Part shown: in pieces, positions 25,860 through 38,737 of the stretch
Position numbering within the stretch: the stretch's first letter is position 1
How the letters are laid out: each line of letters begins with the position of its first letter
Assembly (NCBI GenBank): GCA_013239625.1
Contig: MU053352.1
Coordinates: 293,485 to 357,484, forward strand
DNA length: 64,000 nucleotides
DNA from: Lama guanicoe
Taxonomy: Eukaryota
Reading direction: 5' to 3'
Notes under the pieces: generated by a model
The model's database searches: none
The model's input: only the letters and a program-made list of their open reading frames with translations
What the model was told of the DNA's origin: nothing
Translations under genes and position numbers: made by a program

Positions 25860-26620
25860 TCCTGGGCGGGAGGCTCAGCAGGAGACGAGTCCAAAGGTGT
25901 GTTCCCCTTTAAGAGCCCAGGCTTTAGGGGTGGGGCAGAGGGCCGCGTGAGCTAGCCTAGGGAGGGAGGTCCCAAGCGGGAAGAGCCTCACCTAGGAGTG
26001 CGCGCGCGCGCCGCGGGGGCGGGACTTGGGCGAGCCCGCATGGCTGGCTCGGGCCCCGGATGAGGAAGTGCGGGGAGACCATAGAGACGAAGAGGCGGCG
26101 GTGGCAGGAGCGCCCCCGAGCTCTCTGCTCCGCAGGCTCAGGTAGACTTGGCGGCGACGGGGCTGCGGCTGCAGAGGCCGGGCTGGCGGGGCGAGCGCGG
26201 GCCGCGGAGCAGGTCTCAGGGTAAGAGACCGGGGGCGGGAAGGGTTCGGGCGTAGCCGCCCAGCCCCACTCCACCCTGAGCGGACTCTCCGCCGGGCGGT
26301 GCAGGCTGAGGGGAGTCCGGGCCCCCCGCCCACTCAGGGCGCCGAAGGGAACGCAGGCTGCGCTGCGGGCGGCGGAGCGACCCAGGGAGAGGGAGGAGAC
26401 CGGGCCCCGCATCGCGAGGGGAAAGCGGCGTCTCCGAGTCGTGGCTTCGACTGGGGAGAGAGATACTCCTTCGACCTCGACCCGGCGGGGGACCCCCAAC
26501 TTCTCTCCTCGGGGCGGGCGTCGCCCCTCGTCGTGGGCGAACGCTCTTCTGCAGCTCCAGTGCTCTGGTCCGCGGAGGAGACCCGCTCCCGGGGCGCGAG
26601 GGGACCGTTCTGAACTTATT
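25860..26620 (+). promoter_or_regulatory. PRR14L: CpG island / promoter and non-coding exon 1 of PRR14L (donor at 26220; alternative at 26141)
   Basis: Dense CpG; (GC)n NRF1-like run 25998-26011, GC box 26016-26025, ETS gaggaagtg 26062-26070, donor CAGG|gtaaga. Confidence 0.88.
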
Positions 26621-29424
26621 TTCAGCAGGAATGAGGTCTCTCTCGATTTGATCAGCACCCCCCAGGAGGAGAGAAAGACCCAATTTGCCTAAAAGTGACA
26701 GGGGGGTCGTCCTTCCCTGTAAAAGGCGGACTTAACCTTCCCGGTTTTATTTTTCACCTTTGCCCCGAGATGCAGAGACTAAGACCCTGAATTTACTTTC
26801 TGATATTAGAAGTCAGCCTTCCTCCCCTCCCCCAGTCGTGTCCACCGAAGGAGCCCCGCTTCGCCCCCCAGGTCTCTTGATGTGCCTTGAGTTCTTTTCC
26901 CTTTTGCACAATGAAGAGCGTGGCGTTTGGCGTGTGATGGATGCAAGCCCGTGTCTCCCACTTCCCATCTTTGTGACCTTGACTAATGGTTTAGCCTTTT
27001 CTCAGTCAGCCCATCTCTAATTTGGGTCCTCTTTTCATGGAATTGTCCTGAGGGCTAAAGGAAAATTTGTGCAAGTGCTTGGTACATAGTAACCTTTTGG
27101 TAAATTGTTACTGTTGCTATTACTTGTTTAAAAAAAAAACTAGTATCTTCCACAGAGAAACATTTTTCCATGCATGTCTCCCACCCCACCCCCACCCCGC
27201 CATCACTGTCTCATAAGAGAGGAGACTTTTCCCCTGCGGCAGAGAAAAGAGCCACTTCTACTCTTAGATACAGCCATACTTCCCAAATTAACGAAGAGGG
27301 CCTCAATTAGAATAATCAAGAAAAAGACTTTGTTTTTGGAAACAGGTCTGTACTCCCAAGAGGAAGACCTGATACCAGAAGTCGGCCTTTCCTTTGTCCA
27401 CAGCAGCTATCACTCCTTCCCGACTGGTTAGAGATGCCCTCTCCCACTCCCCTACTTGCTCTGGTGGCGAAAAAGCTTCCTTTGGTCTGCGCACATCCCC
27501 TCCCCCGAAGATGGAAATTCCAACTTCTTCCTCTCACGCTCCCAAGGAAAAGAGGACTTCTGGACCTTTGAGAGGAGGACTCTTTCCTGCTGTATATTTA
27601 GAGTGGCACAGATGGTTTCTTTCCTCCCCTTCCTTTGAAAAAGGAATGAAAATCTTTTCTGCCAAGTCTTTGTCAGTAGAAATCAGGGGCATTTTTACTG
27701 TTTCACTCCCCATCTGGGATCCTTTCTCTGCCTACTCATGAAGGGAGGTAAAGGGAAACAGTGCCTGGTGCCTTTGAGGTTTCCTGCGCACCCTGTGCGG
27801 GAGGGCCGGGCCCTGCTTAGTGTACGGGCTTCCCTGCCCCACTCTCAGGTTGTCTAGAGGTCTTATTAAAAGATTCTTCTTTCTCTGTCCCTCAAGAAGA
27901 GGCCCCTTCTTCGAATTCCCTCAGGGAGGGATTGGCTACAGTGTCTGAATCTTTGGAAAAGAAAGCCCCTTCCCCAAGGTGAAAAGAGTGTTGTGAACTT
28001 CTGAGGGCCTGGTCATTATCGAGAGTGTTGTCCCTGACCCACAAGTGCGGCAGTGCCCAGGGTTGTTGTAACTGCTCCGTTTCATTAAGAGCAACCCCAC
28101 TGCTTTGGAATTAGAGGGAGGGGAGATCTTCAGACTCAGGATTATTGGGGATTATTGGGGCACATGGTTTTCTGTTCTGCTGTTTTCTTTGATTATTTTT
28201 TCCTTTTTTTTTTTTTGCTGTAAACTTTGTACCCTTAGAACTTTTGTTTGGGGGAGTATTTGAATGATTAAAGTAAAAGTTGCCACATGGTCAGGTTTTC
28301 AGTGTTATAAACTGTATTCTAATGAGTTGGGAGCTGCAACGTTAATCTTTGACTGGTGGTTTCCCCACCCTCCCCCTGGCTTTTGTTATTTGGTGGGATA
28401 GAAATTAACAACTTCCAAAATGCCTGAAGGCACACTAAAGACCAGCTTTCTATCTTTTTCATATGTAAAGCGTTCTTAAATTGCCTTGTTTGCCCTTCAG
28501 TACTTGCAGTGGGGATTAGCCTGAGCTCTGTACCACTATTGTTGGCGTCTGTAGGTGTGCTTTGCTAAAACAAAGTGAAATGGAAAAGTTATTTAGAGTC
28601 TTGGCATTTTGGGGGGTGGCAGGATGCTTTGAGATTATTTTGTTTAACTTGTCCATTTTACATGTGAAAAACAAACCCAAGAATAGTTCAGTGACACACT
28701 CAAGGCCACGCAGCTAGTAAATGAGAGGCAGGATAGGGACCCTGGACTCCCAGTTTGGAGACCGGTAACTGGACTTCTTCCCAGCACTGATCCTGCATTT
28801 GAAGCAGAGAGTTTGGGAGTTGATTCTTCTCAATTCAAAAGAATTTATTCTTTTATTGAAATAATTGTGCTACATACTCCATTTAAATGTTAGTCTCCCC
28901 TCCCCAGGAATAGATCCATCCACTAAACAATCTAATTCTTATTTTTGTTAATGGTAAAGATGACCAGCCACTAGCAGCTGGAAAGAGTTGTTTGTGAATC
29001 TATGGTTATTTTTTGCTTATACCTCAAACTAGGTAACTATCTGGTGTCCTCACCCAATAGATTAGTTATGTTATTAGTAAGGATTAAACTGTAAATTCCT
29101 GTCTGCATTTTAGAAACTTGTGTTACTCACTCTTTCCTCTTAATTCAAGTTTACTTAACACTTCAGTGTAAAAACTTATGGTTGAGGAAAAGAGCTGACA
29201 TTTGGAAAGATACTGATAAAATAAAGGGGTCATACTTAACACTTACCAATTCCTTATTGCTTCATATTTGAGTCTTGAGATATGAAGTTAAAAAAAAACT
29301 TTAATGCATGTAATACATACTCAGTAATAGAAGAAAAGAGTACAACATGCAGATAAGTCATTCATGATCCCGTGACCCAGGGTAACACTGTTAATATTTG
29401 CCTTATCTTCTTTAAAACATTTTT

Positions 29425-29477
29425 GCGCGCTCTCCCTCTCTCTCTCTCTCTCCCCCTCTCTCTCCATATATATATAT
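29425..29477. repeat. Compound (CT)n/(AT)n microsatellite
   Basis: Seen directly. Confidence 0.85.
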
Positions 29478-30499
29478 TTTACCAAAAAAAAAAAGAGTCC
29501 CAATGTTTATTTAGTTTGATAAGACATCCCAGGCAGTTTTCTGCGTAGAGGTATATGGCATTAGCAGCATCCCAATAGACGGTGAAAACTGAGAGGAGAG
29601 CTTAGTGATGTGAACTACTGCCCTGAGAACGGTTGTACTCTGCTCCTCTAGGCTTGTACCTAAGTGGTGCTTCATCTCTGCGGGTTCCTAACCTGGCTGG
29701 CTGTTCTTGGTGACTCAACTGCACATACTGCCGAGAAGCCTGTGCACCCAGAGACCCAGACTCAGGCTGGGAGAAGAAGGAGGGGGTGTCCTGCTTTCAC
29801 AGCCAGTGTGCCTAGTTGTTTTACAGGGAGGAAAGTCTTAGAGTTCTGTTTCCACCAAACGAACGTATCAAGAGATGGGAGCTCTGTGACATTTGACTTC
29901 TGTCAGTTGCAAGTTATCTATTGGTGACCAAAGCCCTGCAGTTCCGTTTTGGTCGATACCAGTTTACTGCGTAGATGGAGGCACAGGAGAGGTGACGGCA
30001 CTGTTCTCCCTGAGGGCTGTTCTGAGCCATTTCATATGATTATCACTACTGCCTCTTTGTGATAAAGATCTGTTCAGTAAGTGTGTTTTTATGCACGATT
30101 CTGTGTTCAGAATAAAATCTTGAGTTAGGGCCGTGGGAATGGAGGAGTGAGGTTGGTTGGAGACATGGCTGGAGATGGGTCCGTGGGTACCAGTGCTGAG
30201 TGAGTGGCCTGTGGAAGGTCAGATATCCTTACATTTGGGGCTTCAAGTCTGAGCTCTGGGCCAGGGGGGCTGCCATTACTCATGGAGGCAACGGGGTCAA
30301 AAATAAGCATGGACAGTTATGCTGAGGGCGTCTTACTCATCTGTGTTTCCATGGCCGTTTGCACGCAGCAATACTCAGTTATTTCACTGGGTTGAATGGG
30401 TTCTATTTTAGACACATTAACTTGGAGGAGGGGGTGCCATCCTTGTGAGTGAAACATAGGTCACAACTTGAGAAGAGGTTGGAACAAGGGACAGGTTTC

Positions 30500-30990
30500 T
30501 TTTTTTTTTAAATAGCTTTATTAAGATGTGATTCATATACCATACAATTCGCCAACTTAAATTGTACAACCCAGTGGTGTTTGGCACAATCACCCAGTTG
30601 TGCAACCATCACCACCATCTATTTTAGAACATTTTTATTGCCCCTAAAGGAACTTCTGTTCCACCAGCAGCCACTCCCTGTTTCTCCAGCTCTCCCAGCG
30701 CTAAGCGACCACTGATCCACCTTCTGACTCCAGATTCGGCTCCTCTGGACATTTTGTATAAATGGACTCTTACAATGTAGCATTTTCATGGTTCATCCAT
30801 GTTGTGTAGTGAATCATTTCCTTTCATAGTTAAGTAATACTCCGTTGTGTGGCAGGACCACATTTTGTTGATCCGTTCATCAGTCAATGGACATTTGAGT
30901 TGTTTGCACTTCCTGGCTCCTGTGAGTCGCGCTGCAGAGAACAGCCATGTAGTTTTTGCACGTTTTCCTCAGTGGAATCGCTGGGTCACG
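30500..30990 (-). mobile_element. Old L1M 3' end
   Basis: aaatagctttattaagatgtgattcatataccatacaattc...gttgtgcaaccatcaccacc...gttcatccatgttgt. Confidence 0.85.
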
Positions 30991-33371
30991 TGGTCATTCT
31001 GTGCTTACAGGGGCTGTTTTGAGTCTTCCATCCTCTTAGCAGAGAAGCTGCGTGAACAGGAGAGGGCGTCAAAAGAGTGAAGCTTGGGAAGGAAGGCGTG
31101 CAAGGACCAAGCTTGAGAACCATGCACCCTGGGGGGCGGGGAGCCCCCTGGGCCCCGCTCCATCCACAAGCCTGCTTCTCTGTGGGGTCCTTCCTGCTTT
31201 ACTCTCTGTCTCTTTGTGGTGTGACAGCCAGAGCTGGATTGTGTCTGTCGATGGGAAAGAGAAACTGAACCAAATTCAAATTGAGCACTTTAGGAGGCAT
31301 CAAATAGCAACTCCAGTTTATCCCTTAACCCCCCTGCAGACACACACAAAGTGGCCTAAAACCTGAAGTAGCCCTGGAAGTGCCACGAGCTGGAGGAGAA
31401 AGGGGAGGGCTGGGCCTTTCTCTGCCCTGCTTGAATCCTCACCACCCTCCCATACACACCAGCTTCTCTCCCCTGGCTTCTGTCGTGGGTCCAGGTTTCC
31501 TCATCAGCCCTCCTGTGTTACTTTAACCCCAGGGACCAGCAATCTGCTTTCCTGTAATTTCTAGTGTTTAAGTTAGTAGTGGCGCGTTATATCCTTTTAT
31601 CTTTGAGTAGGGCTCCTTGAAAACACTGAGGACACTCAGTGGATGAAAGCATAGGACCGTGGATAAACCATCCACCATGAGTTGGAAACCAGAAGAAAAG
31701 CAGAAGGGTCCAGAACAGGAGGACCTGTCATCTGCCCTTCCCAGCCCCCTGCTCCAGCCCAGAGAGCATAGGTCAGCGCTGGGACCTTCTGGCAAGGGGG
31801 ACCAGTTGTCAGTCCAGGAGTATTTGTGGAGCGGGTGCTTCCTGACCTGGAGGCAGAGCATGTGCCTTTGTGTAAGCGACGCCTGTGGGTGCCCCCCACC
31901 CCGATAATCAGGGACAGGGACCCAGGATGCCGAGTTGCAAGGAGCTGCTCGGTGTGTGGGAGAGCCCCTCCTGCTCAGAAATCTGCTCGTGTTCTGGGGG
32001 AAGGAGGTGACAGCTCAGCAGTCACAGTGCTGGATTTTCCTTGTGTGTAATGTGTTTATTTGGGGGAAAGATGGACGTTAGGAAGTGGGGGGAGTAGGAA
32101 TCAGCTGTTGTCTGAAACACCCTCCCTCTCCTACATGCATTTTAGCCAAAGGGATGTACCTCCAACGAGCCCTCGTTTTGAACTCTGAGAAGCCAGTTAT
32201 TTCTCATCTTCTCCCACCTGTCTAGGGTCAGGGAAGACGTCAGAATGAAAGCGTGCAGCCTAGTATCTCATTTGGTTAACCATTTCCACCCTGGTCAGGT
32301 CAAGTGGATTTTGTGGTGGAAACTGCACACATTTGGTAAATTAAGATGGAAAAGTGACCGGCCAGGAAACCCAGTTCTGCATGTTCCATTCCCTCCCTGT
32401 ATGAGTGTGTTTGTTCTGACTACTTAAATAATACAGTATTATGAACTACTTATATATACATATTTTAGTAAATAACCCCTGTTTACGTTACCCAGTGAAG
32501 AAGTGGAACATGAGCAGCTCAGCGGAAGCCCCAGGTGTCCCCCCTCCTCTCAGTGAATCATGTGATGTTTCAGGCAGATCCCCTTTGACCTCTTCAGGTT
32601 AGAACCTATAACAGGAAGATGACAGCTGCCCTGCTTAGCTAACGGGGTTGTCCAAGAACCTATGATAATCAAATGAGTGGTGTCTGAAGGCACCTGGAAA
32701 ACCTCAAGGTGCTGAGTAGAACCCAGAGCTGGTTTGGCAGTGCCTGGTGCCAGCCCACGTGGACACTGTGCAGGTGGTTGGTAAGCAGTAAAGGAGTGGA
32801 ATTCTGCTTTCTCTGTATCTTCTTTCAAAGAGAATTTTTAATGAAGAAAAGTCAGTGAATCAAATTCTTTAGAATTCTTCAGTACATATTGATTCAGCAA
32901 ATATGTCCCGAGTGCTTCTGTGTCAAGTCCCTATTCCAGGTAGTGGGGTTACAGTGGTGAAGGAAACAGGCAGGGTTCATGACCTGGAAACAAAATGAAA
33001 ATCATCTTTGTCTTCTAATTTATATCGTCTTTCCTGAATGCTTAGACGTGTCTAATTCTTGTCTGCCTTTGATGAGGTCTCACTTAAGTCAGGTTTAAAT
33101 TGAGAACTGTTCAGAAGGTAGTGTTTGAATTGAGGTTAGACAGATGTCTATTAAAGGTTTAAGATATTTCTTTTTCCTCAAAGTCACGGCATATTACGGA
33201 GGATTTTTTGGTGCCAGATAATGCCGGCATGCGAGGCAGACATTTTTGCCCTTGTTTTAGCCAGTTTGAGCTGAGACGGCGTTCTTCTACCCTGCAAGAT
33301 TTTGAACTTTTATCCCTTCCTTTGATTTGTGTCAGGGTGAGCCGTTTGATGTAAAAGACTTGACTCCATAA

Positions 33372-33896
<525 letters not shown>

Positions 33897-34657
33897 TGAA
33901 TGGCAGCTTTCCAGCGGGAGTAACACTTCCCAGGATAAAGTACACATTCTGACAGGTGGCTCGGTGATTTATTCTTGAAACATTTCCAAAATGATGATTT
34001 TCATGTTAACTTTCTTTTGATGATCTCTAAGAACATTTGTGTCCCGTCAGACACTTGAAGAGGGGAAGTGCTTATCTAGAAAATGTGTCAGCCCTCTGAA
34101 GCAGCTGCAGCGTGTATGGAATGTTGAATCACTTTGTGGTAGTTGTGTGGGATTTCTGCATCTGACGTTAAGGGGTGATGTGGACTTGTTCCTTGAGTTT
34201 TGGTAGCACCGTGGTGAGGATGGAGTGAGGTGTCACATAGATGTCTCTGAGGGAGACTGTTGACCCGGGTAGGGCTTCATAGGATGGCTACCCTCAGGGG
34301 GTCTCCATATTTCAGGGGCAAGCCCTAAACTATACAGGTCCAGAAACTTGACTTAAATTTTTTTTTGCACATCAGAGGTGATGGTCGCCAAAGAACTGAT
34401 CCAAGCTAACCCACTTCAGGAGAGACAGAAGCATAAATCAGAAAGCGGTTCTTCAGTTGCTAGTGAGAAGTGGAATCACCGCTTGGAGGGGCATGGAAAG
34501 TCAGGTCTCTGTGTGCTTGAAATTAGAGTCAGAGAGATTTGTTGGGTGAGACTAGTGGTTAGTGAGCTGTGGTGGCCTGGTGGACCCCAGTCCCTCAAGG
34601 AATGGTACCTGCTGAGTGGCCTGGAGAACTTACTCTCTCCCCAGTTGGTACCTTAGA

Positions 34658-34842
34658 CCAGGAGTTAGTGCACTTTTTATGTAAAGGGCCAGACGGTAAA
34701 TATTTTGGGCTCTCTGGGCCATGTGGCCTCCACTCTGCCATTGTAGCTTGCAATTCGGCACAGATACCGCTTACACAGATGAGTGTGGTGGTATCCCTTA
34801 AAGGGTTATTTGTAAGCACAGGCTACAGTTGACCTGCTCTGG
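34658..34842 (+). mobile_element. MER58A-like hAT-Charlie element
   Basis: tgtaaagggccagacggtaaatattttgggct...actctgccattgtagc. Confidence 0.8.
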
Positions 34843-36109
34843 ACCCGCTAATAAATTCATATTCTCTGGGCTTCCTGGGTAGGCACCCTTCCCCACCTGA
34901 TAAATCCGTCGTTTCTTTACGCTGGCTACAGGGCAGTTGATAGTTGTCAGTAGGCTGCATGTGTTAACCACAATCAGGAATGGACAAAGCATTAAGTAGC
35001 AGTTGCACATGATACCAGAATTTATGCTGCGATGGCCTGTCCTTAAAAATATAGTTAAATGAATGTGGTAACAGATCTAAAGGTTCTTTACTTCTTGATG
35101 TGATGGGCTGAGTTTAACAAGTTTCTTAATGTGCTCGATGATATAAGATGAAAGTATGCATCTATAAATTATGAAGTATATTAACAAACACAACGTACTT
35201 GGATCTATGCATGTGTGTACACACGTGTGTGCATACCATCGAGCCTGAGAACTAGAGACTTCTGTCTTCCTGTTCCTTTTTTTAAACCATTCCCTTTCTC
35301 CCTTCTGACTCCACCAGAAGTAAATACTATTTTGAATTGTATAAAGTAAAATGAAATTTAATAGCCATAAATGCAAGATTTTGTGCTTGGTTCCATAAAG
35401 GGAACTACACAAGTCAGGAAAAAAGCATGAGGATTTATGGGGGAAAGAAAAGACCTACAGCTTTTAACTGGTCACTTAGAATTGACTGCCAAGAAAAGCA
35501 GCTTTGCCCTTAAAATACGTGAACAGAATGTGTTACCTGGGCTAAGGTGGTGGTTGTGCTCGCGTTCGCTAGTTAACCCATAGCTGGGCCTCATCCTGAC
35601 AGTCCCTCCCCAACCCCCTGACACTTACATGAGCTCAAGATACAGGGGGTATGGTTAGGAGCATAGGGGAAGCAAGGAATGTGTCAGTGTTGGGGTTCCT
35701 GCCAAAGAAGAGCCTGGCCCCTCCTTTCCGCGTTGAGTCTGGCGTCATCTGGGAGGAGTATAAGAGGCCAGAAATGTGTTCATATCAGAACTCACACTGA
35801 CAACACAACCTGAAATACACCGCTGGAGGCTGAGTTGCTGACTGTGCCTTCCTGTGAAAGAAAAGAATCGAGAAATGAGAGAAGCCTTCAGTGAAGGGCT
35901 CCTGAGGGCTGTCTAGCAGAAGTGGTCCTGTTGGGCCCAGCGCAGTAGGGGACACGGGGAAGTGGTAGCTCATGGCTTTGTCAGGTCACAGGACCCTCTG
36001 GACATCTGGGCGGATGCTGCAGACCCTTCAGAAAGTCAGTCAGACCATCCCCTAAGGTTTGCGGACCCCAGACATCTTGGACTTCAAGATAAGGACTCCT
36101 GCTAGATTG

Positions 36110-37610
36110 TCAAATCACGACAAACGCAGTCAGAAGACAACTGATGAGTTGGAAGAGTATATTTGCAACATTTATCATAGTGGGCTTCTATCTAATATAT
36201 GAAGAACTCTTAAATTGCAGAATGAAAAAAACCAATAGAAAACGGAGGAAAGGCTTGAATAGATAAGTCAGTGTGTGTGTGTGTGTGTGTGCATGTGTGC
36301 ACTTAAACACGTGATGGTCAAGCTCACTCGTAATTAGAGATGCAAATTTAAACAACCTATGATACGACTTTTATGAAACCTATCGGGTTGCTGAGAATGG
36401 AAAATTATGACAGCACACTGGGTTGGCAAGACTGTGAGGAGAAAGGCGTTCTCACATGTTGCTGGTGTTAACATCAGTCTTACAGAGGAGAAATTGGGCT
36501 ACACTTCACAAGACTGCTGTGCCCTGACCTGTTGGCCCAGCACTCTCGTTTCTAGGCAGCCATCCATAAGATGCATCTCCAAGAGTAGAAAAGTACACAT
36601 ACACGAGGTTATTCTTTGAAGCATTATCATTGCAAAATGTTGGAAGCAACCCTAACGTCCACATATAGGAGAGAGGTGGAATAAAATATGGTATATAAAT
36701 ATCCATGTTTGGAGCGCTGTGCAGCTGAAATGAAGAATGAAGATCTCCATGCACAGGTAGGGGGTGATTTCCAGGTGTGTCAGGGGACCCTGAGACTGCT
36801 TCTGGGTTTGGCAGTTCACTAGAACTCACAAGACTCTGCGTGTGGTCAGACTCACAGCTGAGATTAACATTTTACCACGTTGGCTTGTTTTCCCTTCTGA
36901 ATAATTTGAGAGTATAGTTGCAGACGTGGTGCCCAAATTCTTGACTGCATATTTCCTAGCAAACAAGGATGTCCTATTATGTGACCACAGTACATTAATC
37001 AAAATTAAGAAATTAATGCACATCTTTTATCTTTGGTCAGTATTTTGATCTGACCTGCAGACCATGTTCACATGTGGCCAGTCATCCCACCGATGTCTTT
37101 GTAGCAAAGGAAAGAAAAATCCAGGATCACTTGTAGCATTCAGTTGTTCCATTTCTTTAGTCTCCTTGAGTCTGTAACGTTTCCTCAGCCCATGACCTTG
37201 ACACTTTTGAAGAGTACAGGCCATTTGTTTTGTAAAATTTTCCTCAGTTTTGGTTTGTCTGATGTTTCCTCTTGAGTAGATCCTGGTTATGCATTTGGGG
37301 GGTTAGGGTCCCACATAAGCGATGCTGGTTCCCTCTGCATCTTCTCAGGAGGCGCCCCCTTCCTGAGCCGGGGAGCTTCCATCCCCTGGTTCAGGTGGGC
37401 TCTGCCAGACTTCTCCACTGTGAATTTACTGTTTTTCCCCTTCGTAATAGTAAGCATCTTGTGGGGAGATATTTTGAGACTACGTAAATGTTTGTTTCTC
37501 ATTCAAACTTTTAGCCACTAGTTTTCACATCCAGTGATGATCCTTGTTGAGATAATTATCACTGCGATGGTTGCCAAATGGTGATTTTCTAATTCCATTA
37601 TTCCTTCTAT
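36110..37610. mobile_element. Cluster of old L1 fragments (L1ME-like plus strand, L1MC-like minus strand) with (GT)n at 36271-36290
   Basis: aattagagatgcaaatttaaa, ttggaagcaaccctaacgtccacatatagg; antisense tacattaatcaaaattaagaaattaa, catgaccttgacacttttgaagagtacaggcca. Confidence 0.7.
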
Positions 37611-38664
37611 GGTAAGTCAGAGCTTTCTCTTCTCCCCACTTACAAATACGTTTGGTCTGGCGTCGTGCTAGAATTCACACACTTTTTTTTCCCAAGCACA
37701 GTAGTGTCGCACGTAAGCTGTGTGGGAGCACATTGTCGATGCTCTGCAAGAGCGTTCCACACTGAAGGTTCAGTAGAAAATGAAGGAACAGCCCGAGCCC
37801 GGCCTCTCTGCTCCGTCCCAGTGATGATGCTTTGTGTCCGCCATCCTCACCATCGCCTGGATCTTCTGTTTCCAAGACAGAACTTTGATCAGAGATGAAG
37901 TGGTTTTGCTTGTTTATTGTTGTTTTGAGTGCTATAAAACTTATGGAAAGTTGTAGCAATGATTTTACTATCTATAGATGTAGGTGAGTGCTACACCAGA
38001 ATCTTGTATTTACCAATTAAATCAATGTGGAAACAAATTTTTTTTAAATCCTTGGCCAAGAGGAAAGTTTGGTGTGAGCAGCCGTTGCTGGTCTCTCAGA
38101 GTCTCCCGGCTGGTCAGCCTGATAGGACCCTGTCCTCACGGGGCTCCAAGCCCGCCAGGTACCTGCTCCTGCTCCTTCCCGTTTTCCTGATTCCCTCTAG
38201 GAGGAAACCAGGTGTCACTGATGGTGTCCCCTCCACCCCCTCTTCCAGTGAGCAGGGATGAAAAGAAAAAACAGCCCTTCCAGGAAGTTTGAGAAGAAAA
38301 GAAGTACCTGACACCGAGAACGTTTAGGGACTGAGGTACATCCAGCTTGCTGAGAGTTTCCATTCAGGTTTTCATTTAATGAAGATCACATTGCATCAGT
38401 GTGTTTCTTGTTTGGATCTGCACCAACACCCTAAACCTCTGTTACTGTACAGACCTTGGGAAACTTGGCTTTTCAAGCGCAGATTCTAGAGGAGTGGGAG
38501 TTTTACTGATTGAATTAATTTGAATTGGCTGTTGCCCTCAGCTCCCAGTCTCTGTGACCACTAGCAAGTTACTGGGAGCCAGAAAGAAGTCTGTCTAAGG
38601 ATAATGGCGTTGGTGAGCGCATTATCTCTGGACCCTCCCTGACCGCTGGGTTTTCTTACCACAG

Positions 38665-38737
38665 GAGGATCTTCTGATGCAGGCGAGCAAAGAACTTTTA
38701 TGCACGGACCTCGCTGAAGATTGTCTGAGGAGCAAAG
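38665..38737 (+). CDS. PRR14L: PRR14L exon 3 (73 nt): EDLLMQASKELLCTDLAEDCLRSK
   Basis: ccacag acceptor, AAG|gtattt donor; bridges phase 0 to phase 1. Confidence 0.9.

Noticed and set aside
25957..26692. 233-aa and other ORFs in the PRR14L CpG island
   Set aside because: Same CpG-island artefact
33991..34099. Possible C/D box snoRNA (ATGATGA...CTGA) in PRR14L intron 2
   Set aside because: No terminal stem and no recognisable rRNA/snRNA guide
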